From NCBI GenBank assembly GCA_937894725.1, contig CALAYL010000029.1:20471-84470 (forward strand): a stretch of DNA of 64,000 nucleotides, in the 5' to 3' direction. Made by a program: the position numbers and the translations under genes. Below, piece by piece: positions 28,708 to 36,951 of the stretch (within the stretch, counting starts at the first letter, position 1; the number at the start of each line of letters is the position of its first letter). A model generated the notes under the pieces. The model ran no database searches and had not been told where the DNA came from. It saw only the letters and a list, made by a program, of their open reading frames with translations. The DNA comes from an uncultured Bacteroidota bacterium (lineage in GTDB: Bacteria; Bacteroidota; Bacteroidia; Chitinophagales; LD1).

Positions 28708-30569
28708 TATCTACCCAACATTACCATTAATACGGAAATATCTGCTGGAGAAACACCGCTTATTCTGCTTGCTTGCCCTAGAGTTGTAGGTTGTATTTTT
28801 GCCAGCTTTTGTCTTGCTTCTATCGAAAGCGACTGTAGTTTGCTATAATCGAAGTCTGGTCTTAAGTTAACATTGTCTAGATTTTGCATTTTATTGGCCA
28901 AATCTACCTCTTTTTGGATATAACTACCATATTTCAACTCTATTCCAGCAGACATAACTGTTTCATTGTCAATTTCTTGGCACATTTTATCTAATGATTC
29001 TACATGTTTTCTCAAAAGTGATATATCTACATTTGGCCTTGCTAAAATTTTGTCTAATTTCATTTTTTGCTTCATTTCAGCACTCCCTATATTGGCAAGC
29101 ATGCTATTTACTTCTTCGGGGCTCACGCTATACACTTCAAAGAATTTCTTGATCCTTTCTATGTCTGAGATCTTTTGTCTTGTTTTAGCTAATCTTTCAT
29201 CGTCTGCCAAGCCGATTTTATGTCCCTTTTCAGTCAAGCGTATGTCTGCATTATCTTGTCTGAGTAGTATCCTGTATTCTGCTCTAGAGGTAAACATTCT
29301 ATATGGTTCCTCTGTTCCTTTGTTTATCAAATCATCTATCAAGACGCCTATGTATGCCTCATCTCGTTTTAATATGAAAGGAGCTAAATCTTTTGAATTG
29401 TTGTGTGCATTTATACCAGCCATTATGCCTTGGCTTGCAGCCTCTTCGTACCCTGTGGTTCCGTTTATTTGTCCAGCGAAGAAAAGGTTTGAGATTAATT
29501 TCGTTTCTAGTGTGTCTTTCAGTTGGGTAGGTGGAAAGAAATCGTATTCTATCGCATAGCCAGGCCTGAACATTTTCATGTTTTCAAACCCAGGAACAAG
29601 TTGCAACGCTTTATGCTGTATGTCTTCAGGAAGCGATGTTGAAAATCCGTTTACATAGATTTCTACCGTATTCCAGCCCTCTGGCTCTACAAATAACTGA
29701 TGTGATGTTTTGTCAGCAAATCGATCTATTTTGTCTTCTACTGAAGGGCAGTATCTTGGGCCTAATCCTTTTATTCGTCCACTAAACATAGGTGATTTAT
29801 CAAACCCTAATTTTAACGTGTCATGTACTGCTTGATTGGTGTGTGTAATCCAGCAGCAAAGTTGTTTTATTGGTTTAGCCGTTTCTCTAAATGAGAATCC
29901 GGTTATGTCTTCATCGCCATCTTGCCTTTCCATTTTGGTATAGTCTAAGCTTCGACCGTCTATTCTTGGCGGTGTACCAGTCTTCATTCTTCCCGCCTCA
30001 AAACCAAACTCTACGAGTTGTTCTGTTATCCCTGTAGAGGCTTTTTCACCCGCTCTGCCTCCACCCAGTTGTTTTTCTCCAATATGGATAATTCCATTCA
30101 TGAAGGTACCACTCGTCAATACAACAGTCTTGCATGGTATCTCTAGCCCCATACTTGTTTTTACCCCTACTACTCTTTTGTCTTTGACTACAATGCCGCT
30201 TACCATGTCTTGCCAAAAATCTACATTGCGTGTTTTCTCTAGCATTTCTCTCCATGTAGAAGCAAAAAGTGCTCTGTCATTTTGTGTTCTCGGACTCCAC
30301 ATAGCTGGACCCTTCGATCGATTTAGCATTCTAAACTGTACCATCGATATATCGGATACTATCCCTGAATACCCCCCTAGAGCGTCTATCTCTCTTACTA
30401 TTTGTCCTTTTGCTATACCTCCCATAGCAGGATTGCAGCTCATTTGAGCTATTCCCTGCATATTCATTGTTACTAGCAGCACGCTAGAGCCCATATTTGC
30501 TGCTGCTGCCGCGGCTTCACAGCCAGCATGTCCAGCACCTATTACTACTACATCATATTCCTTAAACAT
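28707..30569 (-). CDS. mnmG: tRNA uridine-5-carboxymethylaminomethyl(34) synthesis enzyme MnmG (GidA)
   Basis: The FAD motif is MFKEYDVVVIGAGHAGCEAA. The start is set at the ATG at 30569. The track ORF extends 39 codons further (to 30686) across the umuC 3' end, which I regard as a non-coding extension. Confidence 0.95.
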   Translation of the reverse strand: MFKEYDVVVIGAGHAGCEAAAAAANMGSSVLLVTMNMQGIAQMSCNPAMGGIAKGQIVREIDALGGYSGIVSDISMVQFRMLNRSKGPAMWSPRTQNDRALFASTWREMLEKTRNVDFWQDMVSGIVVKDKRVVGVKTSMGLEIPCKTVVLTSGTFMNGIIHIGEKQLGGGRAGEKASTGITEQLVEFGFEAGRMKTGTPPRIDGRSLDYTKMERQDGDEDITGFSFRETAKPIKQLCCWITHTNQAVHDTLKLGFDKSPMFSGRIKGLGPRYCPSVEDKIDRFADKTSHQLFVEPEGWNTVEIYVNGFSTSLPEDIQHKALQLVPGFENMKMFRPGYAIEYDFFPPTQLKDTLETKLISNLFFAGQINGTTGYEEAASQGIMAGINAHNNSKDLAPFILKRDEAYIGVLIDDLINKGTEEPYRMFTSRAEYRILLRQDNADIRLTEKGHKIGLADDERLAKTRQKISDIERIKKFFEVYSVSPEEVNSMLANIGSAEMKQKMKLDKILARPNVDISLLRKHVESLDKMCQEIDNETVMSAGIELKYGSYIQKEVDLANKMQNLDNVNLRPDFDYSKLQSLSIEARQKLAKIQPTTLGQASRISGVSPADISVLMVMLGR

Positions 30570-30603
30570 GATGCAAAAGTAAGAAACGATTTGAACTGTA
30601 CTA

Positions 30604-30657
30604 TGTTCCACGTAGAACGTTAGTTCCTCTCTTTTGTATTTGTTCCACGTGGAACGT
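30604..30657. promoter_or_regulatory. Two direct copies of a 17-mer palindromic motif TGTTCCACGT(A/G)GAACGT
   Basis: Copy A is at 30604-30620 and overlaps the umuC stop. Copy B is at 30641-30657 inside the last umuC codons, and contains the perfect 14-bp palindrome GTTCCACGTGGAAC. The copies match at 16 of 17 positions and start 37 bp apart. They lie 35-90 bp upstream of the mnmG start. Confidence 0.35.
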
Positions 30658-31927
30658 CTTTTCCGAGCTTGTACAGGTCTTTCCATTTGGTGGTGTACTC
30701 TGGAGAGCGCTCTTCGGCACGCATTTTCCAGTTGCGCGAAGTGCCTGTGGCTGCGTATTTAACAGTGTCTAATCCATTTTTTCTATTGATACTATCTATT
30801 GTTTTTTGCAATCCAGCGGTTTTGCTATCACACGCTAGTTGTTCAAAGAGATTGCCCTGTACTTGGCTTGCTGGAGAAATCATCGAAAGCAACACGCCCG
30901 CTTTTTTATAACTCATTCCAGGCTCAAAGCAATTTTCGGCTAGTTTCACAGCGTGTTGGATGAGTATCTGGCTTGCGTTGGTAGCGAAGGGTAAAAGCAG
31001 TCCAGCGCTTTCTGAGCGATAGACAGCACGCTGATCAAAGCGATTTGTCTTCATAAAAATCGAGAGATATTCAGTATTTGACCGTTGTAATCGCAGTTTT
31101 TCAGCAGCCCTACTTGTGTAGGTTGCTATTGCCTCTTTCATCTCTGAGAGGGTCGTTACTGCTTGCCCAAACGAACGTGTACTTGCTATCATTTTTTTTA
31201 CCGCTAAACCCTCTCCTAGCTCTATACAAGAAATGCCATTTAGCTCGTTTATCAAACGCACCCCCACTATTCCCCCTAAGTGTCTCTTTGCCCATTCCGT
31301 ACTTTTTAAGGAGAGTTGGTAAGCCGTTCCTACTCCCATAAGTCGTAGTTTTTTGGTTTGCTGGCGGCCTATACCCCATATATCCTCAATCGCAAACTCT
31401 TTCAACACCTCTTTTGCCCCATCAGCCGTAGCGAGCACCAACACTCCTTTGTGTAAGGACTTGTCTTTTTTTGCTATTCTGTTGGCTACCTTTGCTAGTA
31501 CTTTTGTTCTAGCTACACCTATTGACACAGGTATGCCTGTTTGCAGCAATACGGTTTGCTGTATATGGTGACAATAGTTGGCCATATCAGCTATAGGAAC
31601 ATGCGACACATCAATAAATGCTTCGTCAATAGAGTACACCTGTATCCAAGGGTTGATGTGGCAGATAGTCTCCATAACTCGCCTTGATAGATCGCCATAA
31701 AGTGCATAATTTGATGAAAACACAAATATGCCCTTCTCTTTGATAAGGTCTTTTGCTTTAAAGAACGGTACACCCATCGCTATTCCTGCTGCTTTAGCCT
31801 CATCGTTTCTAGCGATTAGGCAGCCATCGTTGTTCGATAAAACCACTATGGGTTTGCCCTCTAGATCAGGACGAAATACCTTTTCGCAAGACGCATAGAA
31901 GCTGTTGCAGTCAATAATGGCCACCAT
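30620..31927 (-). CDS. umuC: Y-family translesion DNA polymerase (UmuC-like, Pol V catalytic subunit)
   Basis: The 435-aa ORF starts MVAIIDCNSFYASCEKVFRPDL..PIVVLSNNDGC and has the catalytic context YSIDEAFIDV. It sits immediately downstream of an S24-like gene. Confidence 0.85.
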   Translation of the reverse strand: MVAIIDCNSFYASCEKVFRPDLEGKPIVVLSNNDGCLIARNDEAKAAGIAMGVPFFKAKDLIKEKGIFVFSSNYALYGDLSRRVMETICHINPWIQVYSIDEAFIDVSHVPIADMANYCHHIQQTVLLQTGIPVSIGVARTKVLAKVANRIAKKDKSLHKGVLVLATADGAKEVLKEFAIEDIWGIGRQQTKKLRLMGVGTAYQLSLKSTEWAKRHLGGIVGVRLINELNGISCIELGEGLAVKKMIASTRSFGQAVTTLSEMKEAIATYTSRAAEKLRLQRSNTEYLSIFMKTNRFDQRAVYRSESAGLLLPFATNASQILIQHAVKLAENCFEPGMSYKKAGVLLSMISPASQVQGNLFEQLACDSKTAGLQKTIDSINRKNGLDTVKYAATGTSRNWKMRAEERSPEYTTKWKDLYKLGKDVPRGTNTKERN

Positions 31928-31939
31928 ATTACAAGGGGT

Positions 31940-32416
31940 TTATAGAAAAAAGGCTGTATCGGTGGGATGGATTACGGCCGTTACCACCCCCCACAACATC
32001 CAAGATGGCGTTTCGTTTGGTACAAAAGCTGATAATGGCATCAATCGGCCATTGATAAGCGAAAGCCTATCGAGTATCAACTCATCTTCTGTAGAAAAAA
32101 TGATGAGCGAATTTCGTTTTGGGGTGAGAGAACGATCAATCACAAGCAAATCGTCTCTGAAAACATGCAGCTTTGAAAACTCCATACTGGCCACTCTCAT
32201 GAAATAGGTGGCTGCATTGTTCTTTACAAGTAGTTCATGCAGGTTGAGCCCTTTGTCGGCATAATCATCCGAAGCGGCCGGAAATCCACTCGCGATAAGT
32301 CGAGAATCTTGCTTTTTTGTTAAAAAAAGGTCTGAAGTTGGGCTTGAAGAAAAGGAAATAGGTGAATTCATGGCTAAATAATTTAGTAAAGCTAAAATAT
32401 TTAGTTTTATCGACAT
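31940..32416 (-). CDS. umuD: UmuD-like S24 (LexA/UmuD) family protein; likely true start at 32371 (MNSPISF)
   Basis: SGFPAASDDY matches the UmuD GFPSPAADY region. ATYFMRVASME and DDLLVIDRS match the UmuD core. The gene lies 12 nt upstream of umuC. See findings for the apparent loss of the catalytic Lys. Confidence 0.7.
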   Translation of the reverse strand: MSIKLNILALLNYLAMNSPISFSSSPTSDLFLTKKQDSRLIASGFPAASDDYADKGLNLHELLVKNNAATYFMRVASMEFSKLHVFRDDLLVIDRSLTPKRNSLIIFSTEDELILDRLSLINGRLMPLSAFVPNETPSWMLWGVVTAVIHPTDTAFFL

Positions 32417-32530
32417 TTACAACAAAATGGCTAAATAAATGTGAAATGGTGGCTCTCGATACTAACATTAGTTTTTCTCAAAAACGAACATCCGAGAATA
32501 GCTATACGCTAGTACAGCACAGCGTTACAT

Positions 32531-32561
32531 AAAAAAAGAGACGCAACCGCGTCCCTTTTTT
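32531..32561 (-). terminator. Rho-independent terminator downstream of the collagen-like gene
   Basis: The stem is AGAGACGC/GCGTCCCT (one mismatch) with loop AACC. A-runs and T-runs flank it, and the minus-strand RNA ends in a U7 run. Confidence 0.6.
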
Positions 32562-32577
32562 GTACAAAAAATGATTG

Positions 32578-33960
32578 TTACATGCCCGTACCTCCACCAT
32601 TAGATGATGCTGGTCGTTGATCATCCACAAGATTGTTTCGGATAAACATAACGTCTATATTCCAGTCTTCACCACTAGGACCTTCTGTGTCTCCTTTAAA
32701 ATACCAAGTACCACCATTATTATAACATCGAGCGCGAGTGCTTTCAGCATTGGCGTTGCTTGTAGGATAAAAGCCCGCAATAACACAACTGTAGTTTGTG
32801 GCACTAACGCCCAAACTTCTATCGGGGTTATCGCATCCGTTGCAATTGTAGCGCCTAATAAAAATAGGTTTATCGGCCGCAGGTACAGCATCTCCTTTAT
32901 ATAATTCTCCATTGCTATTTGCAAAAACGAGCTTCCAACCTGTACCGTTTAATGTACCATCGAGATAGGCATTGCCTCCGTAAGATTGAATTCGTCCATT
33001 TACTCTAGCATTTACAATAGCCGCAGAACCGAAATATAGGTTGCTACCAGCATTAGGCGTACCCCAAGGATAAAGAAAGCAACTTGTACCATCGTTTCTA
33101 AGAACCACATTGCTTGTCGCATCTATTTGCCCGCCTTGATATAAAAAAGAGGACGCACCATAGGAAGCAAAAGCGCCAGCTTTGAGATTTGTGTATCCGT
33201 TTGTTCCAGGCGACCAACCGCGAGTACTAAACCAATTGTCAATATCTAATCCGAAATGAGCACCAGCAGAGCCTTCTCTATTAAACGATATGGCAGCAGT
33301 GCCAGTACCAGCATTAGAAATTTCTAACTGAGTAGCGTTTGCTGTGCCCATATTTGTGCCGCTGAGCCTGATTCGCATATCGCCCGCCACATCTACCTTT
33401 CGGTATCCAGCCAAAACACTCACCCCGATCTGTGTGCCATTGTCGTGGATGATAGTATTGCATATCTCGGTAGAAGAAACAAATTTAGAGACATAGTTTA
33501 CCGCAGCAGCAGCACAAAATGTGCTAGGCCCAGTAGGTCCGGTAGCGCCAGTCGCTCCTACTGGCCCAGCTGTTCCTGTTGGTCCTGTTGCGCCAGCAGC
33601 TCCTGTAGCACCCGCCATTCCTGTAGCCCCTATAGCGCCAGTCGCTCCTGTAGCCCCAGGCATTCCAGTTGCGCCAGTTGCGCCAGTCGCTCCTGCATTG
33701 CAGAGGTTTAGCCAACTACCATCATAGTAAAAAAAGCAGGCAACATCAGTATCATATACTAGCAATCCTTGAATTGGAGCAGTTATTGCGATACGTTGAG
33801 CAGTGGTCACCCTTGGGGTCAAAAATCCTTTGTCGGTACTTGATAGCTCAAGTATTGCAGAAGCGTTTGGGTTTGCTGTACCGATTCCTACATTGTTTTG
33901 TGCTACTAAAGCAATACACCAAAAGAAAAGTATAGAAAAAAAGGAAAATCTGGTTTGCAT
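32578..33960 (-). CDS. Secreted collagen-like triple-helix-repeat protein with N-terminal and about 310-aa C-terminal non-collagen domains
   Basis: The 460-aa ORF has a signal peptide. Nineteen uninterrupted Gly-X-Y triplets occupy aa 90-146: [57 protein letters not shown]. Confidence 0.8.
   Translation of the reverse strand: MQTRFSFFSILFFWCIALVAQNNVGIGTANPNASAILELSSTDKGFLTPRVTTAQRIAITAPIQGLLVYDTDVACFFYYDGSWLNLCNAGATGATGATGMPGATGATGAIGATGMAGATGAAGATGPTGTAGPVGATGATGPTGPSTFCAAAAVNYVSKFVSSTEICNTIIHDNGTQIGVSVLAGYRKVDVAGDMRIRLSGTNMGTANATQLEISNAGTGTAAISFNREGSAGAHFGLDIDNWFSTRGWSPGTNGYTNLKAGAFASYGASSFLYQGGQIDATSNVVLRNDGTSCFLYPWGTPNAGSNLYFGSAAIVNARVNGRIQSYGGNAYLDGTLNGTGWKLVFANSNGELYKGDAVPAADKPIFIRRYNCNGCDNPDRSLGVSATNYSCVIAGFYPTSNANAESTRARCYNNGGTWYFKGDTEGPSGEDWNIDVMFIRNNLVDDQRPASSNGGGTGM
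33523..33693 (-). repeat. 9-bp-periodic coding repeat encoding (GXY)19, mostly GAT triplets
   Basis: Read directly from the sequence. The low complexity opens spurious ORFs in several frames on both strands (33445..33711, 33521..33727, 33524..33715). Confidence 0.85.
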
Positions 33961-33977
33961 ATATTATGTTTTTTTAG

Positions 33978-34484
33978 TTAAGCCAAATCAATAAGTAGTT
34001 GCCCTTTTTCAACTGCTTGTCCTTCTTCGACCGCTATCTTTTTTACTTCTCCATCTGCAGCGGCTTTCAGCGCATTTTCCATTTTCATAGCTTCAAGAAT
34101 CAACAACACATCGCCTTTTTTTACAGACTGCCCCTCGGATACTAATAATTGTTTTATAAGTCCTGGCATAGGTGCTTTGAAGATGTTGCTTTTGGTGCTA
34201 CTGGTTGCATTTATACCTAATTTTTTGAGTAGCAAATCGGTACTGTCTTCTATTAAGATCTCATACTCGTTGCCATTAACGAGAAGTACTATTTTTTTTT
34301 CGATAGGATCAAACGAGACTAATTGCGAGCGATACGATTTGCCATCAAGCAGCAAATGATAACTGATGTCACTTATATGAACAAGGTCAATAGTTCTGGC
34401 AACGCCATTTATTACACTTTTGTCAATAACTCTTTCAGAAGACTGGTTTACGGTAGCTTTTAGCATTGATTTATTTTTTAACAA
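33978..34484 (-). CDS. Biotin/lipoyl-attachment domain protein (biotin carboxyl carrier-like)
   Basis: The 168-aa ORF has a C-terminal biotinylation motif, LILEAMKMENAL. No carboxylase partner genes are adjacent. Confidence 0.8.
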   Translation of the reverse strand: MLKNKSMLKATVNQSSERVIDKSVINGVARTIDLVHISDISYHLLLDGKSYRSQLVSFDPIEKKIVLLVNGNEYEILIEDSTDLLLKKLGINATSSTKSNIFKAPMPGLIKQLLVSEGQSVKKGDVLLILEAMKMENALKAAADGEVKKIAVEEGQAVEKGQLLIDLA

Positions 34485-34570
34485 ATGAAATTTAAAGTGG
34501 ATGTAACCTTTTTAAAAAGCTATCGTAAATATAAACAGAACTAAATAACAAACACTAAAATCTACATGAC

Positions 34571-34975
34571 ATGAAAAAGTTTACAATCACTATCGCCCTT
34601 TTTGCCTTTTGTGGACTTGCTACCTACGCCCTAGCACCAAACCCTGAAAAAAGAGAATTTAAAACAACTCATTATGACATAAACCTTGAGTTGGAGCGAA
34701 CCAAAGGTGAAGTAATGTTTCATTTTTTATCTCAAAATTTTAATGATTTTGACCAAATCATTATCGAAAGAAGTGGCACGAGCCTCGAGGGTTTCACTCC
34801 GTGCAAAGTAATAGATATGAAAAGCCAAGAGTTAATTGATGGAAGCTATATGATAAACAAAGATCGTTTTCCTTATCCAGCCTCTGTAGATTCTTACTAT
34901 CGTATCAAAACAATAGCGAAAGACGGAGTAACTAAGACCTATGCTCCTGTTCAGTTACAGTCGTTGCACAACTAG
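34571..34975 (+). CDS. Hypothetical small secreted protein
   Basis: The 134-aa ORF has a signal peptide (ALFAFCGLATYALA). I recognise no motif. Confidence 0.5.
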   Translation: MKKFTITIALFAFCGLATYALAPNPEKREFKTTHYDINLELERTKGEVMFHFLSQNFNDFDQIIIERSGTSLEGFTPCKVIDMKSQELIDGSYMINKDRFPYPASVDSYYRIKTIAKDGVTKTYAPVQLQSLHN

Positions 34976-34991
34976 TTTTTAAACAATAAAG

Positions 34992-35039
34992 AGCAATAAC
35001 AAAAAAAGAGGTCTTATGACCTCTTTTTTTGTTATTGCT
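34992..35039. terminator. 48-bp perfect palindrome (22-bp arms, 4-nt loop) acting as a bidirectional terminator between convergent genes
   Basis: The sequence is AGCAATAACAAAAAAAGAGGTC-TTAT-GACCTCTTTTTTTGTTATTGCT. The right arm contains the stop codon of the 35032..35496 gene. Confidence 0.7.
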
Positions 35040-35496
35040 TACCCCATTTTTTTTCTAATAACTGATATCGAAAATTAAAGATATCATTGAGTTGACGCTT
35101 CACAAAAAGCGCATGTGCTATATCGCCCAATATACCTAGGGGCAACTGATAGTGTACAATGTCGGTCATTTCAACGCCACCTGCTATTTTTTTGAAATGA
35201 TGCTGATGATGCCATAGGGAATAGGGTCCTATACGCTGCTCATCTATAAAATATTCATTTTCTTTTACCTGTGTGATTTCGGTCATCCAATAAAGTGGGA
35301 TGCCAAGAATGGGATGTACATGGTAAGTGATCACTTGACCAGCATACATTTTTTCAGCATTTGAATTGCTCAAAATTTTGAAGTTCATATAAGTTGGCGT
35401 AATTTCTTTTAGGTTTTTGGGCGATGAAAAAAAATCCCACGTCTCTTCGAGACTGGTGGGCAATCGTTGGGTTGTTTGAATGATATGTACAGACAT
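35032..35496 (-). CDS. SRPBCC (START/Bet v1-like, polyketide cyclase/dehydrase fold) family protein
   Basis: The 154-aa ORF has the N-terminal pattern LPTSLEETWDFFSSPKNLKEITP and a WHHQHHF segment, typical of the COG4276-type SRPBCC proteins as I recall them. Confidence 0.6.
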   Translation of the reverse strand: MSVHIIQTTQRLPTSLEETWDFFSSPKNLKEITPTYMNFKILSNSNAEKMYAGQVITYHVHPILGIPLYWMTEITQVKENEYFIDEQRIGPYSLWHHQHHFKKIAGGVEMTDIVHYQLPLGILGDIAHALFVKRQLNDIFNFRYQLLEKKWGKQ

Positions 35497-35715
35497 AAAA
35501 AACGTGTTTTAAAAAAAAGAGATTAGTTAGTAATTTGAAGTATAACTTTCTTACTTTACTAAGATTAGCATCAGAGCGAGGATATATTCCACTTTTCAAA
35601 CAAATCAAAAAGGGAATTGTTTTAGTTTGAGTTAAAGAGAACGAAAAGGAAGTGTTTTGATTTTATCGTTTTGCGTATATGCGTGTATTTCTTAATATTG
35701 TATTCTAATGCGATA

Positions 35716-36897
35716 ATGACAAGACACCTGTTTCATATTAAATTCATTTTGTTAATAGTTTTTTCACTATTACTTTTTTGTCGCTGTCAAAACAAAAGCC
35801 ATTCAGCACCCAAGGCCGCTTTGCCTAGTTTTCATATTGCAGATACCATTCCGAAATATAAACCAACCTTGCTAGCCTATCAGCTAGATACTTTTTTTAA
35901 AAACAAATTTGCCAGAGGAGGATTTAATGCTACAGTGATTGTGTCTAAGGGAGAGGAGGTGTTATATTCGGGCGAATTTGGCTACGAAAATTATAGTACG
36001 AAAGATACGCTCACCAATTTTTCTCCGTTTCAAATAGCCTCGGTGTCTAAGCCATTTACAGCTACCGCTATATTGTATTTGGTGGAGCAAAATAAGCTTT
36101 CGCTAGATGATACTTTAGGTACCTTTTTCCCTAATTTTCCGTATCGAAAAGTATGTGTCAGAGATTTGTTATGTCACCGTTCGGGTTTGCCAAATTATTT
36201 GCATTTTGGTGAAAAGCTTTGGCGCGATAAGGCGACCTATATGACCAATGAAGATTTGGTTAAGTTATTGATAAAAAACCCCGCAATTGAAGGCACGACC
36301 CGCCCCAACACTCATTTTCAGTATTGTAATACCAATTATGCTTTATTGGCATCTATAGTTGAACGTGTGAGTGGTAAGCGTTTTCCTGCATTTATGGAAG
36401 ATATCTTTTTTGAGCCTTTAGGAATGAATAATACATGGATCAACGATGTACAATCTCCAGAGAAAAGAAAGATAGCCATTAGCTATAATTCAAAATGGAT
36501 TCCACAAAAGGATGATCCATACGATGGAGTATATGGAGACAAAGGCCTATACTCTTGTACTCACGATATGTATTTGTGGAATCAAGCGTTTTATCAAAAC
36601 AAGCTTATCAGTGATGAGGCACAAAAAGAGGCATATTCTCCTAGAAGTTTTGAACGTGCAGGCTCGAGAAACTATGGTTATGGCTGGCGATTGACAAAGC
36701 AACCAAATAATGAGTACCTAGTTTATCACAATGGCTGGTGGCATGGTAATAATGCTGTTTTTTATCGCTATATACCGGACTCTTTATCACTCGTTATATT
36801 ATCTAATAGATACAATCGCTCGGTATATAACGTACAGCCTATTTTCGACATCATCAGTGGTACAAATAGTAAAGGGGCTGACTTTGGAGAGGAATAA
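35716..36897 (+). CDS. Beta-lactamase-fold serine hydrolase
   Basis: The SxxK motif is in FQIASVSKPFTA, with YxN-like YCNTNYALL. The start is moved to the ATG at 35716 (MTRHLFHIKFILLIVF... signal peptide) from the track's TTG at 35671. Confidence 0.8.
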   Translation: MTRHLFHIKFILLIVFSLLLFCRCQNKSHSAPKAALPSFHIADTIPKYKPTLLAYQLDTFFKNKFARGGFNATVIVSKGEEVLYSGEFGYENYSTKDTLTNFSPFQIASVSKPFTATAILYLVEQNKLSLDDTLGTFFPNFPYRKVCVRDLLCHRSGLPNYLHFGEKLWRDKATYMTNEDLVKLLIKNPAIEGTTRPNTHFQYCNTNYALLASIVERVSGKRFPAFMEDIFFEPLGMNNTWINDVQSPEKRKIAISYNSKWIPQKDDPYDGVYGDKGLYSCTHDMYLWNQAFYQNKLISDEAQKEAYSPRSFERAGSRNYGYGWRLTKQPNNEYLVYHNGWWHGNNAVFYRYIPDSLSLVILSNRYNRSVYNVQPIFDIISGTNSKGADFGEE

Positions 36898-36932
36898 AAA
36901 AAGGCAGAAAGAAGACCTTCCTGCCTTTTTTA
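36896..36932. terminator. Bidirectional rho-independent terminator
   Basis: The hairpin is AAAAAAGGCAGAAAG-AAGAC-CTTCCTGCCTTTTTT. Its stem has one mismatch, and A-runs and T-runs flank it on both sides between convergent genes. Confidence 0.6.
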
Positions 36933-36951
36933 TTGACAATTGAAACAAAGG

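Noticed and set aside
28966-29559. 197-aa + strand ORF antisense to mnmG
   Set aside because: It lies entirely within the highly conserved mnmG coding region. Its sequence is Ser/Leu/Phe-rich and low in complexity, typical of antisense frames.
30570-30686. 39-codon N-terminal extension of mnmG in the track ORF (MERPVQARKRR...)
   Set aside because: The canonical MnmG N-terminus MFKEYDVVVIGAGHAG starts at 30569. The extension would overlap the 3' end of umuC and has no homology-like features.
33445-33727. Three overlapping ORFs on both strands rich in Pro/Ala/Val or Ser/Cys/Arg
   Set aside because: They are artefacts of the 9-bp-periodic GXY coding repeat of the collagen-like gene. Only the minus-strand frame continues into a full-length protein with a signal peptide.
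33978-34484. Stand-alone biotin-carrier gene as part of a novel carboxylase system
   Set aside because: No carboxyltransferase or biotin carboxylase gene is adjacent. Orphan BCCP-like genes whose partners lie elsewhere are common, so the window offers nothing further to support a system.
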